Source: Candidatus Helarchaeota archaeon (GTDB lineage: Archaea; Asgardarchaeota; Lokiarchaeia; Helarchaeales; RDOG01). From it: 64,000 nucleotides of DNA. Below the pieces are notes generated by a model, which worked only from the letters and a program-made list of their open reading frames with translations, was not told where the DNA came from and ran no database searches. Positions 50,026-60,056 of this stretch are shown piece after piece. The DNA is taken from contig JAHPZH010000003.1 of assembly GCA_019058315.1 (NCBI GenBank), positions 460,451 through 524,450 on the forward strand. Reading direction: 5' to 3'. Numbering within the stretch: the first letter of the stretch is position 1; each line of letters begins with the position of its first letter. Made by a program: the position numbers and the translations under genes.

Positions 50026-51129
50026 TTAAGTATTTTTAACTGCTTTAACGGTATTTTTCAGGCATTTTATCGCAGATTCATATGTAGGGAAACTTTTAAG
50101 TCCACACTCGGGACCTGCATATAAAACTCTTTCTTCACTAAATTTATTAATAATTTTTTCAAATCTTTTTTGAATTACTTCAATAGGTTCAAGAAAAACC
50201 TTGGGATCTTGATTATTTCTATTTATTTCATCCCATATTTTTCCAATTCTTTCGTTAATTGCAATTTCACTACTAACTGAAGGTATTGTTTGTATTATAT
50301 GGTTCCTAATAAGCTTATCAAAAATAGAAATGCTTATACTAGCTTTCAAGAATTTATCTGTTGACTCTAACTGTTTTTTCGTTTTTTCTGAGCTGTAAAG
50401 TTGGTCATCAACATGTGATTCCAAGATTTTTAGAGATTTTACATCCCAAAAAAGCTCATTTACTGTATTATGAAGATGTATAGAAGTGTTTACTCCTTTT
50501 GAAAGGGCTTTTTGAAATATATTTTCCCATGCTTTAATCATATTTTCCCTTCCATCAGAACCATAATCAATTAGCGGATCATCAATAAATCCAAATGTAG
50601 GTTCATCCACAACTAAAATTGTCACATTTCCTTTCTTGGAATGAAATATGTTGTCTTCAACAATTTGCGACAGTATTTTACCTAATCGAATAAAAATTTC
50701 ACTATCTTTATATGTAAAAAAATTAGAAAGCGTATATGGACCTGTTATGCAAATTTTTAACCTAAAAGGACTGCCTAATTTTTCAGAAACTTGTTCAATA
50801 TTATTCTTTATTGCCGCAACTTCTGCTATTTGTGATTTATTTGGTAATAAAGATAAATCATTTACTTCCATAAATCCCCCTTTGACCTTTTCTAGACCAT
50901 TGATAGACTCCAAAAACATATTATTCATATCTCGAAACTGGGGGTAATTTGGAATATCAATTCCCACCATAATCTTATCAATAAAGGCTTTAGTCACTTT
51001 TTCTTCAAAATATTTAGTTAAATCCCTATTTTCAGAATCAAGTGAAGTTGAATATAATTTACTACTTTCTAAGAATTTCATTAAATTCCCATTATATGGC
51101 ATACTTCCAACATCAATTAACTCTATCAT
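50026..51129 (-). CDS. Core cobalamin-independent methionine synthase-like protein (MetE C-terminal barrel)
   Basis: DVGS.P, YPQFRD, ITGPYTL, DEP, HLH, PECG. Confidence 0.7.
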   Translation of the reverse strand: MIELIDVGSMPYNGNLMKFLESSKLYSTSLDSENRDLTKYFEEKVTKAFIDKIMVGIDIPNYPQFRDMNNMFLESINGLEKVKGGFMEVNDLSLLPNKSQIAEVAAIKNNIEQVSEKLGSPFRLKICITGPYTLSNFFTYKDSEIFIRLGKILSQIVEDNIFHSKKGNVTILVVDEPTFGFIDDPLIDYGSDGRENMIKAWENIFQKALSKGVNTSIHLHNTVNELFWDVKSLKILESHVDDQLYSSEKTKKQLESTDKFLKASISISIFDKLIRNHIIQTIPSVSSEIAINERIGKIWDEINRNNQDPKVFLEPIEVIQKRFEKIINKFSEERVLYAGPECGLKSFPTYESAIKCLKNTVKAVKNT

Positions 51130-51324
51130 AGAAATTTTTCACCAAACATGCTAAATTTAAATTTTTATTTCAACTTTTAAATATCCTTGTATTATTGAAT
51201 ATTTTTTTTGATGAATTCATCATTGGGTTAAGTTTAAATTAATTAATGGAATCTTTGGGAGTATATTTAAATTAAGATCTAAGATTTTTCTAACAATAAT
51301 TCATAATGGTCGAGACAGAATAAT

Positions 51325-52266
51325 ATGAGTGAAAGAGAGAAATATATAGGGTATATCTTCATTTTTTTAGCTGTATTTATATGGTCTCTTGGCGAAATTT
51401 TCTTAAAATTGATACAAAACTATATTGGAGTCTTTGCATATACTTTTTTGCGTCTATTGACTGGAGGAATGTTTTTAATATTAATCTTAGGAATCCAGAA
51501 AGATTTTTCTGGGGTTGGTAAAATGGTAAAAAATAATAAATTGATTTTAACTTTATGCATTATAATTCTTACATCTTCAAATATCTTATTTTACGTTGGA
51601 ATAACTAATACATTAGCGAATATAGGAGCAGTTCTTTGTTCAACTTCACCTATATGGATTACTATTTTGGCAATTTTTATATTAAAAGAGAGAAATAATT
51701 TAAAAACTAAATTTTTTGGTATTTTGATTGGCACAATTGGTGTGATAATTCTTCTTACAGAATTTGATCTTTCAGGTTTTATTTCATCAGTTTTTTTGTT
51801 TGGTAATATTATGGCCCTTGGAGCTGAAATTAGTTGGGATTTTTTTACAGTTTTAGGGAGAAAACTCCAAATAAATGAGAAGGATACCTCAAACCATGAA
51901 ATAAAATTCACTTTTCTTTCTTTACTTCTATGCTGCATCCCAATTTTTATTTTATTAATATTTTCTCCCGAATTTTCTAACTTTTTAAATTATCCATTTG
52001 ATGTATGGCTTATTGTAATAGGTTTGGGAATAGTCAATTCAGCTTTAGCTTATTTCTTATTTTTTAAAGGATTAAAAAGAGTAGATACTTCAAAGGGTGC
52101 ATCTTTAATTTTTTTAAAACCTATAATTGCTACTACGCTTGCGTTTTTAATATTAAACGAAGAACCAACCATCTTTTTAATAATATCATCAATATTAATC
52201 ATAATAGCAATCTATATCATCAATATAGATACAGCAATAAAAGAAGACATACAAATTAATTTTTAA
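51325..52266 (+). CDS. EamA/DMT family transporter (paralog of 46382..47341)
   Basis: 10 TM; AVFIWS.GEI shared with the paralog. Confidence 0.88.
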   Translation: MSEREKYIGYIFIFLAVFIWSLGEIFLKLIQNYIGVFAYTFLRLLTGGMFLILILGIQKDFSGVGKMVKNNKLILTLCIIILTSSNILFYVGITNTLANIGAVLCSTSPIWITILAIFILKERNNLKTKFFGILIGTIGVIILLTEFDLSGFISSVFLFGNIMALGAEISWDFFTVLGRKLQINEKDTSNHEIKFTFLSLLLCCIPIFILLIFSPEFSNFLNYPFDVWLIVIGLGIVNSALAYFLFFKGLKRVDTSKGASLIFLKPIIATTLAFLILNEEPTIFLIISSILIIIAIYIINIDTAIKEDIQINF

Positions 52267-52282
52267 TTTTCATTCTAAATAA

Positions 52283-52792
52283 TTACTTCTTTTTAATAAT
52301 TTGGTTTTCTTCAAAAATTTCAAGTATCTTTTCAAGACATTGGTCAATTTCAGCGAAACTTTCATCAAATTGTCCTGTAAAAAATGCGTCAGCAATTGAT
52401 TTTTTTTCACCAAATGCGAATTCCCAGATTAGAAATGTCTTATCAGCAAATTCATTAGCATCCTCAAGATGCTCTTGCGAATATACGAAAATAATATCAG
52501 CATTATCGAACATTTCTCGATAATAGTCAACATGCTTCGGTTTATGCCTTTTAATTCGCTCTTTTGAAATTCCTTTTGCTAAAAGTGCCCTCTTAGTTTT
52601 ATAATGGATGCTATCATTTTTATAAACTAATGCACCTGATTCAGATACAATATTTGTCCTTCCAAATTTATCCAGCAACATTTTCTCAAACATTATTTCC
52701 GAATAGGCGCTTCTAATAATATTTCCCGAACAAACAAATAAGATATGGATATCAGTTGTCTTATTTTTTAATTTTTTGAGTATTTGTTCCAT
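52283..52792 (-). CDS. Low-molecular-weight protein tyrosine phosphatase family
   Basis: ILFVCSGNIIRS P-loop (CX5R), ES.G, I.D. Confidence 0.85.
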   Translation of the reverse strand: MEQILKKLKNKTTDIHILFVCSGNIIRSAYSEIMFEKMLLDKFGRTNIVSESGALVYKNDSIHYKTKRALLAKGISKERIKRHKPKHVDYYREMFDNADIIFVYSQEHLEDANEFADKTFLIWEFAFGEKKSIADAFFTGQFDESFAEIDQCLEKILEIFEENQIIKKK

Positions 52793-52848
52793 AAAATCAC
52801 TATTTTATTACAGATTTTCTGAATATTTAGATTTGGTTAAAATAAATT

Positions 52849-53094
52849 CTAAGGCATATGGATTGTTAATTTGGCTTTTTTGACAACTGCATTGCAAATT
52901 TCACAAACTTTTTCTTTTTTTTGGGACCCTCCCTTTATCAAAACTGATACTTTTGGGTGTTTACATGTTCGTTGAAGCTCCTTTAATTTGCTATTAAATT
53001 CTTCTTTGGCTTTTGTTACTTCATTATCATAATTTTCTTTTAAATCAATTAATTTTTTTTCCAAATCATCTTTTAATTCTTTATAGGTTACCAT
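52849..53094 (-). CDS. Small coiled-coil protein with CxH...CxxC zinc-binding motif
   Basis: 81 aa; GAGGA upstream. Confidence 0.65.
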   Translation of the reverse strand: MVTYKELKDDLEKKLIDLKENYDNEVTKAKEEFNSKLKELQRTCKHPKVSVLIKGGSQKKEKVCEICNAVVKKAKLTIHMP

Positions 53095-53142
53095 TTTTGA
53101 TATTCCTCGATTTTTTTATAGTATCTAATAACTAAATAGACA

Positions 53143-53814
53143 TTAATAAATAAATGGAATTAATCGCTTGGTTTTCTTCATATAGTTCTTATACTCTTCA
53201 CCGAACTCCTCAATTAAAAGTCGTTCTTCCACGATAATTCGTTGTCTAAATACAAAGAAATATAAGATAAAGCAGGAAAATAGCGCAAATATGGTCCGGA
53301 ATACCAATCCAGCTCCAACAACGGCGATCAAACCCCCTGAATACATTGGATGTCGAATTTTGTTATAGATACCATTCGTAATTAATTTATGATCTTCTTC
53401 AATAACTAAATATCCACCTCCATATTTTCCGAGTTGGATTCTACTGAAAAGTGAAATTATCCCTCCAAGAATATAAAGAGATATTCCAATATAAGATATG
53501 ATTAAATTATCCCAAAATGGAAAATGGTTAGAAATAATGCAGATATTTTCGTAATAAAATAAAATATGTATAAATGGGCTCGCAAAAAACAATAGTAGTA
53601 TTATTATTGTATATTTATCAGCTTCCGCTTTTTCTGATACTTTCCTTATCATCGTATCAAGAAATTGAAAGAGAACTAGGAGAATAAGATATATTTGAAA
53701 ATGAAGAATCGAATATATTTCAGGTATGAAAAGATAGAAACAGATATTATAATATAATAAAATTACCAAGCTAAAAAAAATTATTTTTCTTAATATAATA
53801 TGCAACTTTTTCAC
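53143..53814 (-). CDS. Isoprenylcysteine carboxyl methyltransferase (ICMT/Ste14) family
   Basis: LG, H.LIT.G.Y..IRHPMY, EE..L...FG.EY..Y. Confidence 0.88.
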   Translation of the reverse strand: MKKLHIILRKIIFFSLVILLYYNICFYLFIPEIYSILHFQIYLILLVLFQFLDTMIRKVSEKAEADKYTIIILLLFFASPFIHILFYYENICIISNHFPFWDNLIISYIGISLYILGGIISLFSRIQLGKYGGGYLVIEEDHKLITNGIYNKIRHPMYSGGLIAVVGAGLVFRTIFALFSCFILYFFVFRQRIIVEERLLIEEFGEEYKNYMKKTKRLIPFIY

Positions 53815-53856
53815 CTCTTTACTATTAAATAATAAAAAAAAATAAAAAATATTATT

Positions 53857-54927
53857 CTAATGAATTTCGCGTTTCTCTGTTATTACACATGCGGCAACCA
53901 ATGGCAAAATGACCAGCGAAATAAATTCTATCATCCCAACTGTTGAATCGACGAATTGTCCTAAGAATACTGTTGTAAAAACATCTGTATAACCATATTG
54001 AACGATAACATCAAAAATTGCATCCCAAAAAACGAATCCCAGTATATAATCATTCATCAAACTGTATACCACTGTGGTAAGGTCCAAATATTTCAAAGGT
54101 TCTGCTAGTGCACCAACAAATAGCATCATTATTGTAATAAGCATGGTTAGACCGAATAATAAGGTTAGGGAAACTATTGCGGCAAAAACTGCACGATTAA
54201 GTAGAGAAGACAGTAGTGTTGTAATGGAACCAGTTGCTAATATAAATAACCATGTTAATAGAGTGAGATTAATTGGCATATCGATTGTCTCTGCAATTCC
54301 TGCAATAATTAAGTTCATTTTACCGAAAATTGAAATGGCATATACAAAATACATACAGAAATACACAATAGTCGTAAATAGTAGACTTATCAATGCAAAG
54401 GCAAGAAATCTTATAAGTACCAATTGAGTTCTATAGATCGGCTTGGAAGCATATATTTTCAAGGTGCCCTTCTCTCTATCTCCTGCAATTATACCACAAC
54501 ATAATACCGTGACAGGTGCAAACATTGGAACATTAGCATAGAAAATTGTGGCAAATCCCAAATTTTGAAAACCACCACCAGTATAAAGGCCCATTGCACT
54601 TGAAAATAAAGCTCTAAATGTATTTATAGCACCATCATTACTAAATTGCAACAGATAAAAAGGGCTATTTAAGAAATTCTGAATATTTACTTCATTTAGG
54701 TACTCTGGATATTGTGTTAAAGCAAATGAAATCAGGGTAAATAACATCGGCAATAGCATCATTAAAATGAAAACTAGATACATCTTGGATGTAATTGCAT
54801 CTTTTAATTCAATATATAATAGAAGGACAGTTTGTTTAACCCTTGATATTCTATTATTATAATCGATTGCTTTTGTATTCGTTAGAACTGGCTTGGGTTT
54901 ATCGACTATTATTTTATCATGTTCCAT
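53857..54927 (-). CDS. ABC-2 type exporter permease
   Basis: IAGDREKGTL....KPI.R motif; 6 TM. Confidence 0.85.
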   Translation of the reverse strand: MEHDKIIVDKPKPVLTNTKAIDYNNRISRVKQTVLLLYIELKDAITSKMYLVFILMMLLPMLFTLISFALTQYPEYLNEVNIQNFLNSPFYLLQFSNDGAINTFRALFSSAMGLYTGGGFQNLGFATIFYANVPMFAPVTVLCCGIIAGDREKGTLKIYASKPIYRTQLVLIRFLAFALISLLFTTIVYFCMYFVYAISIFGKMNLIIAGIAETIDMPINLTLLTWLFILATGSITTLLSSLLNRAVFAAIVSLTLLFGLTMLITIMMLFVGALAEPLKYLDLTTVVYSLMNDYILGFVFWDAIFDVIVQYGYTDVFTTVFLGQFVDSTVGMIEFISLVILPLVAACVITEKREIH

Positions 54928-55849
54928 GAGCAGTTTCCTCCATAATGTTTAGAAATATTTCTTGTAATCCACCCATTGGAGGTGAATATTTTATTAACTG
55001 AAGGTTATTATCTACGAGAATTTGGGGAATATCTTTTCCTAGTTGGTCAGGATCCGTAGTCTCTGCTAGAATTTTAAAATCCATCCTGGTTATTTTTGAA
55101 ATATAATTAAGATTTTCGAGAGCTGGAATTAGATTTATAGGTTCATTAACGATTATTTCAATTATTGGTTTTTTGTGTATACTTCTTTCTCTTCTAATAT
55201 CTTCAAGAGAGCCTTGAGTTACTACACGGCCATTTGCAATTATACCTATATAGTCACTAACTACCTCAATTTCAGAAAGTATATGGCTTGAAATAAAAAC
55301 TGTAATCCCTTCTTTCACGATAGTTTTGATTTTATTAAGCATATCATCTCTACCGACCGGATCTAGATTACTAGTTGGTTCATCAAGCATTATCAATTTT
55401 GGATTTCCCATTAATGCTTGAGCAAAGCCCAATCTTTGCTTCATTCCTGCACTAAGATCACCTATCCGAGAATCACCCCAACCACCTAAACCAACAAATT
55501 CCAGTAATTCATCAATCTGTTTTTCTATTTCATATCTTGGAAGTAAATTTAGCAATCCAACATAAGCTAAAAAATCCTTCACAAGAATATGACCATGATA
55601 ATCAATCCTTTCAGGTAAAAATCCAATATAGCGATTCGTTTCACTCGTCCTTTTTTTTCCAAAAATCTTTATAGTTCCACTAGTTGGGTTAAGAAGTCCT
55701 AAAATGCATTTTATTGTAGTAGTTTTTCCAGCACCATTCAATCCAAGCAATCCATAACATACGCCTTGAGGAACTTCTAAATCAATATCTCTTATAGCTG
55801 GATAATCACCAAAAAATTTCTTTAAATCCTCAGTTTTAATTGCATACAT
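54917..55849 (-). CDS. ABC exporter ATP-binding protein
   Basis: Walker A GLNGAGKT, LSAGMKQR, LDEPT, SSH; start moved to ATG 55849 behind GGAGG. Confidence 0.93.
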   Translation of the reverse strand: MYAIKTEDLKKFFGDYPAIRDIDLEVPQGVCYGLLGLNGAGKTTTIKCILGLLNPTSGTIKIFGKKRTSETNRYIGFLPERIDYHGHILVKDFLAYVGLLNLLPRYEIEKQIDELLEFVGLGGWGDSRIGDLSAGMKQRLGFAQALMGNPKLIMLDEPTSNLDPVGRDDMLNKIKTIVKEGITVFISSHILSEIEVVSDYIGIIANGRVVTQGSLEDIRRERSIHKKPIIEIIVNEPINLIPALENLNYISKITRMDFKILAETTDPDQLGKDIPQILVDNNLQLIKYSPPMGGLQEIFLNIMEETAHGT

Positions 55850-55850
55850 G

Positions 55851-56681
55851 TTAAATCGCCTCCTTAATTTCGCTACTAGGTTCAATAGGCTGTTTAAACC
55901 TATCTTGTTCAGCTCGTTCGAGAGGTTTTATTTTTTCTTTTTTGGGTTTCTTTCTTCTGATTCCTAAAGTTACAATATATACAACAAGTGCAGGAATTAA
56001 TGCAAATAAGAAAATCATCAGACTATAGTAGTCATAAGCAATTCCAAGATTTAATCCAATTATAGATTGTAATTGATAAATCACAATTGAATTTCCTATC
56101 CTGCCTTTATATTCTATTAAAAAACCACTATTTCTATCATAATGAGCCACAGAAAGATCTGCCTTATTCCAATACCATGCAACCTTTGTATTTCTTACTA
56201 GTTGTAGAACCATCATATTTTCTTCGCCAGTAACTACGCTTGTATAATCCTCTATTTCAATGGGTAGTGGCATTTCATTAGGAATATTGATTAAATTCCA
56301 GTAAGGGAGGGACCAGAAAAGGAATTTTTCATCGGAATTATTTACTTTACGAGTCAATAAATTTACTGGATATGTCTTGGTCTCGCTGAAATTTTTGGGA
56401 ATAAAACCTAGTTCAGTTTCAATATCCAATTGAGATATTTCTATTGTTGTTGCATTGATTATTTTTGAAAGCCAAACAATAGTAATTGCTGTATAAGCCT
56501 CAGAGGCAGCTTTCCCTGGGTCTTGATTATAACCTATTTTAGTATAATAGCTCATAAAAGGTGTTATAGGAAACATCGTTGTTGATTGTGGCATGGAATA
56601 TATTGCGCCAGATACTCCTAGACTGACAACTAAAATAATAATTAAATTAATTACTTTAGGACTAGTCAATTTACTTTTCAT
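55851..56681 (-). CDS. Membrane-anchored hypothetical protein in the ABC operon
   Basis: N- and C-terminal TM helices flanking an extracytoplasmic domain. Confidence 0.7.
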   Translation of the reverse strand: MKSKLTSPKVINLIIILVVSLGVSGAIYSMPQSTTMFPITPFMSYYTKIGYNQDPGKAASEAYTAITIVWLSKIINATTIEISQLDIETELGFIPKNFSETKTYPVNLLTRKVNNSDEKFLFWSLPYWNLINIPNEMPLPIEIEDYTSVVTGEENMMVLQLVRNTKVAWYWNKADLSVAHYDRNSGFLIEYKGRIGNSIVIYQLQSIIGLNLGIAYDYYSLMIFLFALIPALVVYIVTLGIRRKKPKKEKIKPLERAEQDRFKQPIEPSSEIKEAI

Positions 56682-57402
56682 TTTCTGCTCCTCCTTCTTT
56701 GAGTTCTAATTCTTTCTTTTTTTGTATTTTTTTATGGATCGCATTGACAACTATGATGGTGATAGGGAGTAAGAATGGTAATCCATACATAAGACCAAAG
56801 AATAAAGATCCGAGCTCAGGAATAGTTTCAGTATTTTGGAATATAAATGCAACAAGAGGTTTATCTCCAGAAGAAACATAGAAAGTATTATTCCTTGTAG
56901 AATTTCCAACGAAAATTTGCAAATCAAACGTAAATAAATTAGGTATTCCGTAGACACCTGGAACTAGTAAGAGATTTTCTAAAACCATACCGGAAAAGAT
57001 TTTAGAAGAGCCAATAATGGCATCATTTAGTATAATATCATCTTTAAAATCATTGGATGTAGGCAGAATAATTCCTCTGTTGACTTTTGAACCATTAGAG
57101 ATCCCACGAACTATTACATTTGGAATGGATAGATTAGTAAATACACCAATAGTAAGACCCCATAGACTGATTCCACCATCTTCCAAGATTCCAACATTCG
57201 CGTTAATTGTGATATTTATATCTGTTCCACCAACGAAGAATTTATAATATTCTGCATAATTTATATTTGTCTTGGCATATGTTTTTGGTATTTGTGTACA
57301 ATACAATAGTGTTAAGCATAGTAACATTAGAGAAATTATGGAAATTTTGACTTTTTTCGTCTTTTTTTTCAGTTTTAATTTTTTATTTTTTGTTTTTTCC
57401 AT
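56671..57402 (-). CDS. Membrane-anchored hypothetical protein in the ABC operon
   Basis: Basic N-terminus plus signal helix, C-terminal TM; overlaps the next gene. Confidence 0.7.
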   Translation of the reverse strand: MEKTKNKKLKLKKKTKKVKISIISLMLLCLTLLYCTQIPKTYAKTNINYAEYYKFFVGGTDINITINANVGILEDGGISLWGLTIGVFTNLSIPNVIVRGISNGSKVNRGIILPTSNDFKDDIILNDAIIGSSKIFSGMVLENLLLVPGVYGIPNLFTFDLQIFVGNSTRNNTFYVSSGDKPLVAFIFQNTETIPELGSLFFGLMYGLPFLLPITIIVVNAIHKKIQKKKELELKEGGAENEK

Positions 57403-57671
57403 TTTTATCCCGATTTTTTGTTGATTGTTATTGATTTATTTAGAGAGTGTCTGCGAATTTTAATGCTAGAAATAGCATATATTCGTTTTATATATCCTTT
57501 TTATGCGACTCAATGTTTTTTATGTTTGTCTTTTTAAAGGAAGATCGAAATATTATCTAAACTATAATATTCTTAACTCCTTTCCCCTCCGGAGCTATTT
57601 TGATAGATTGGTATTTATTAAAAAAGTTTTTTTTCATTACATCTCTACAACTTAATTTACATTTAAACGCT

Positions 57672-57716
57672 TATATCTACTGATTCGAGATATATCTATA
57701 TTTTGATAAAGATATA
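57672..57716. promoter_or_regulatory. Candidate PadR operator (overlapping TATATCT/AGATATA inverted repeats)
   Basis: TATATCT-N9-AGATATA and TATATCT-N12-AGATATA sharing a central AGATATATCT palindrome, in the divergent promoter region. Confidence 0.4.
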
Positions 57717-57786
57717 TTCTTTTATATAATATCTTTCTCAATAGACCAAAATATTAAAATCAAAATTATCATAAACTAAGATATAT

Positions 57787-58647
57787 ATGAAAAAAACTAA
57801 AAATATTCATCTCGGTTGGCTACAGCAAACATTACTAACAATGTTATATGGTCATGAAATGTATGGGCTACAGATTCAACGTACCTTCAAGTTTTTTGGA
57901 GAAAAAGTTGGTCCAGGTCAGCTATATCCTGCTTTGGCAAAGTTGGAGAAGTTGGGAGCAATCAAAGTTCGGGAGGAGGAGCGGACTGGTGCAAATCGTA
58001 AATTTTACACCACTACAGATGAAGGAAAGATGATTTTACTCCGAAATGCAATAGGATATTTTGCTGTTATGGAATCTATAGCTATGGAAAAATTTGCTTC
58101 TATTCTTGATGAACTGCCGAAACTAGTAAATATTAAACTTGGTACAATTATACTAGATTTTTCCCATGCCTATTTAGAAAAAATATACTCCAAATTAGCT
58201 CCACTTACTGCTCCAATAGGACGTTATTTCATAACTATTAGAGATAAATTTGCTATGAAAATATATAAGGAACGTTTGAACAATAAAGGACTTCAAGACT
58301 TAATTTCAATTTTCGAATTACAAGAAAATAAAATCCCCCTCCCTGATAAATCTGTTGATGTTTGTATTGTTTGTTTTACCCTCCATGAGGATGGGACAGA
58401 TTGGATCATCAGCGAAATAAATAGATTATTAAAGAAAAGTGGAAAAGGTATAATTATTGATATGGTATCTCTTAATGGACATATTGTTGAAGAGATTATG
58501 ACGAATTTTATTCCAAATCATTCCCGTATTGGTATTGATAAGGATATTCTCTTTCCTTTGCTTAAACAAAATAATTTAAATATATCTTATCAAAAAGAGG
58601 AAAAGGGGACTATCATCATAGTTATCGAACCTCGAATTACAGACTAA
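57787..58647 (+). CDS. PadR-family regulator fused to a methyltransferase-like domain
   Basis: MYG..I, G.LYPAL.KLE..G, RKFY.TT.EG; C-terminal IPLPDKSVD...LHE...EI.RLLK..G. Confidence 0.82.
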   Translation: MKKTKNIHLGWLQQTLLTMLYGHEMYGLQIQRTFKFFGEKVGPGQLYPALAKLEKLGAIKVREEERTGANRKFYTTTDEGKMILLRNAIGYFAVMESIAMEKFASILDELPKLVNIKLGTIILDFSHAYLEKIYSKLAPLTAPIGRYFITIRDKFAMKIYKERLNNKGLQDLISIFELQENKIPLPDKSVDVCIVCFTLHEDGTDWIISEINRLLKKSGKGIIIDMVSLNGHIVEEIMTNFIPNHSRIGIDKDILFPLLKQNNLNISYQKEEKGTIIIVIEPRITD

Positions 58648-58704
58648 CTTTTTAGTTTATTAAACTTTTAACCTTAAGCTCGACAATGATGGAAAATTCT
58701 GCGA

Positions 58705-60003
58705 CTATTTAGGTAAAGTTTCTTTAAAATAATATTTGCCAATAACTAGAGATAATAGTGCAAAAATGGCAATCAAGATTGCTGAAAAATAAATTGGCAC
58801 ATTAAATAGAATATTTAATAGAAACATCAGAAATGGATGTATAACGCCTCCGAGTTCATTGAAAAATCTGAATATACCATAGGTTCTCCCTCGTTCTGAA
58901 GGTGCTGATATATCAGTCCAAGTACTCTCAATCGTTGATCTCACAAATGAGCTTGAACCTGAAATTAAGAACACTATTATAAATATTAAAATCGTCGAAA
59001 TCATTAGAAATGAAGCCAATATAGAAAGAATAAGCATCATTAATATTCCTAAATTTGCAGTAAATTTCCTACCTTTTTTATCATTAATTATTCCAGCGAA
59101 GAGAAAGAATATACCCAATCCTAAAGAGAATGGTAATGTTGTGAATAGAGCACTTTTATCGGGGCTGACAAAAGAAGCCACCAAAATTGGTAAAGTTGTA
59201 GCAATAAACCCAGATTCTGCACCTTCTACAGTGAAGGAGTATATAAATGTAGGAATGAAATTTTCATGTTTTAAAATAGCTTTATAATCAAAATCTTGTT
59301 TTTTTAAGCCTTCAGTGGGCATTGAATCTTTTAAGACTAAAATAATAAAAATAAAAGCAATAATAAAAAGTATAAAAGTCAATGTCAGAAAAGGAGAGAA
59401 ATTATATATATTAAAGAGAATATTTATTGGATTATCCTTATTTAGAAATAAGCTAGAAGCTCCGCCTAATATTGCACCAATTAAATAAAGACCGTCACAA
59501 TATGATTCAGTCTGACCTACCTTTTTATACTTTTCTCCAATATCCCCAGCCATTATATTGAATGTGGTCATAAAAAAGCCTCTACCAGCACCTATAATCA
59601 AAGTTCCAATAATTGCTAGGGCAATAATATTATAAGTGGAAAGAATTAAGCATAAACTCCCAATTAGTGAGATTATTCCGCCAAAGACGATGGTAAATCT
59701 TCTGCCTTTATCATCAGCTATATAACCACAAACAGGTGAAAAGATTCCTTTCATTAATACATGGAGGCTCATTGTTAAAAACGCTAAAGCCCACCCCATT
59801 GATTCAGTTCCCCATGGGAGAACACCAGAACCTAATGGAAGCGGACCTGATAGAGATAAAAATGAATATTCTAGATATCTACTTAATATAGCAAGACCAA
59901 TTCCCCCAGGTATACCTAATAGAAGATTAGTTAGATAAATTCCAATTGTGGCTTTGAAGTATGATTTTTCTTTTTGCATTTGTACTCCCATCTTTTTTAT
60001 CAA
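58705..60003 (-). CDS. MFS transporter
   Basis: 12 TM; G.I.D..GRR and G..NDKKGRK motif A copies. Confidence 0.88.
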   Translation of the reverse strand: MIKKMGVQMQKEKSYFKATIGIYLTNLLLGIPGGIGLAILSRYLEYSFLSLSGPLPLGSGVLPWGTESMGWALAFLTMSLHVLMKGIFSPVCGYIADDKGRRFTIVFGGIISLIGSLCLILSTYNIIALAIIGTLIIGAGRGFFMTTFNIMAGDIGEKYKKVGQTESYCDGLYLIGAILGGASSLFLNKDNPINILFNIYNFSPFLTLTFILFIIAFIFIILVLKDSMPTEGLKKQDFDYKAILKHENFIPTFIYSFTVEGAESGFIATTLPILVASFVSPDKSALFTTLPFSLGLGIFFLFAGIINDKKGRKFTANLGILMMLILSILASFLMISTILIFIIVFLISGSSSFVRSTIESTWTDISAPSERGRTYGIFRFFNELGGVIHPFLMFLLNILFNVPIYFSAILIAIFALLSLVIGKYYFKETLPK

Positions 60004-60056
60004 TAATAATTAAATGATTATAAATTTGGAGTAACCAATTAATAAAATGATCTTTA

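Noticed and set aside
57403-57660. Long leader upstream of the ABC operon as a possible riboswitch or ncRNA
   Set aside because: Only a short hairpin (ATGCTA...TAGCAT) is seen, with no recognisable family structure; an Rfam search would be needed.
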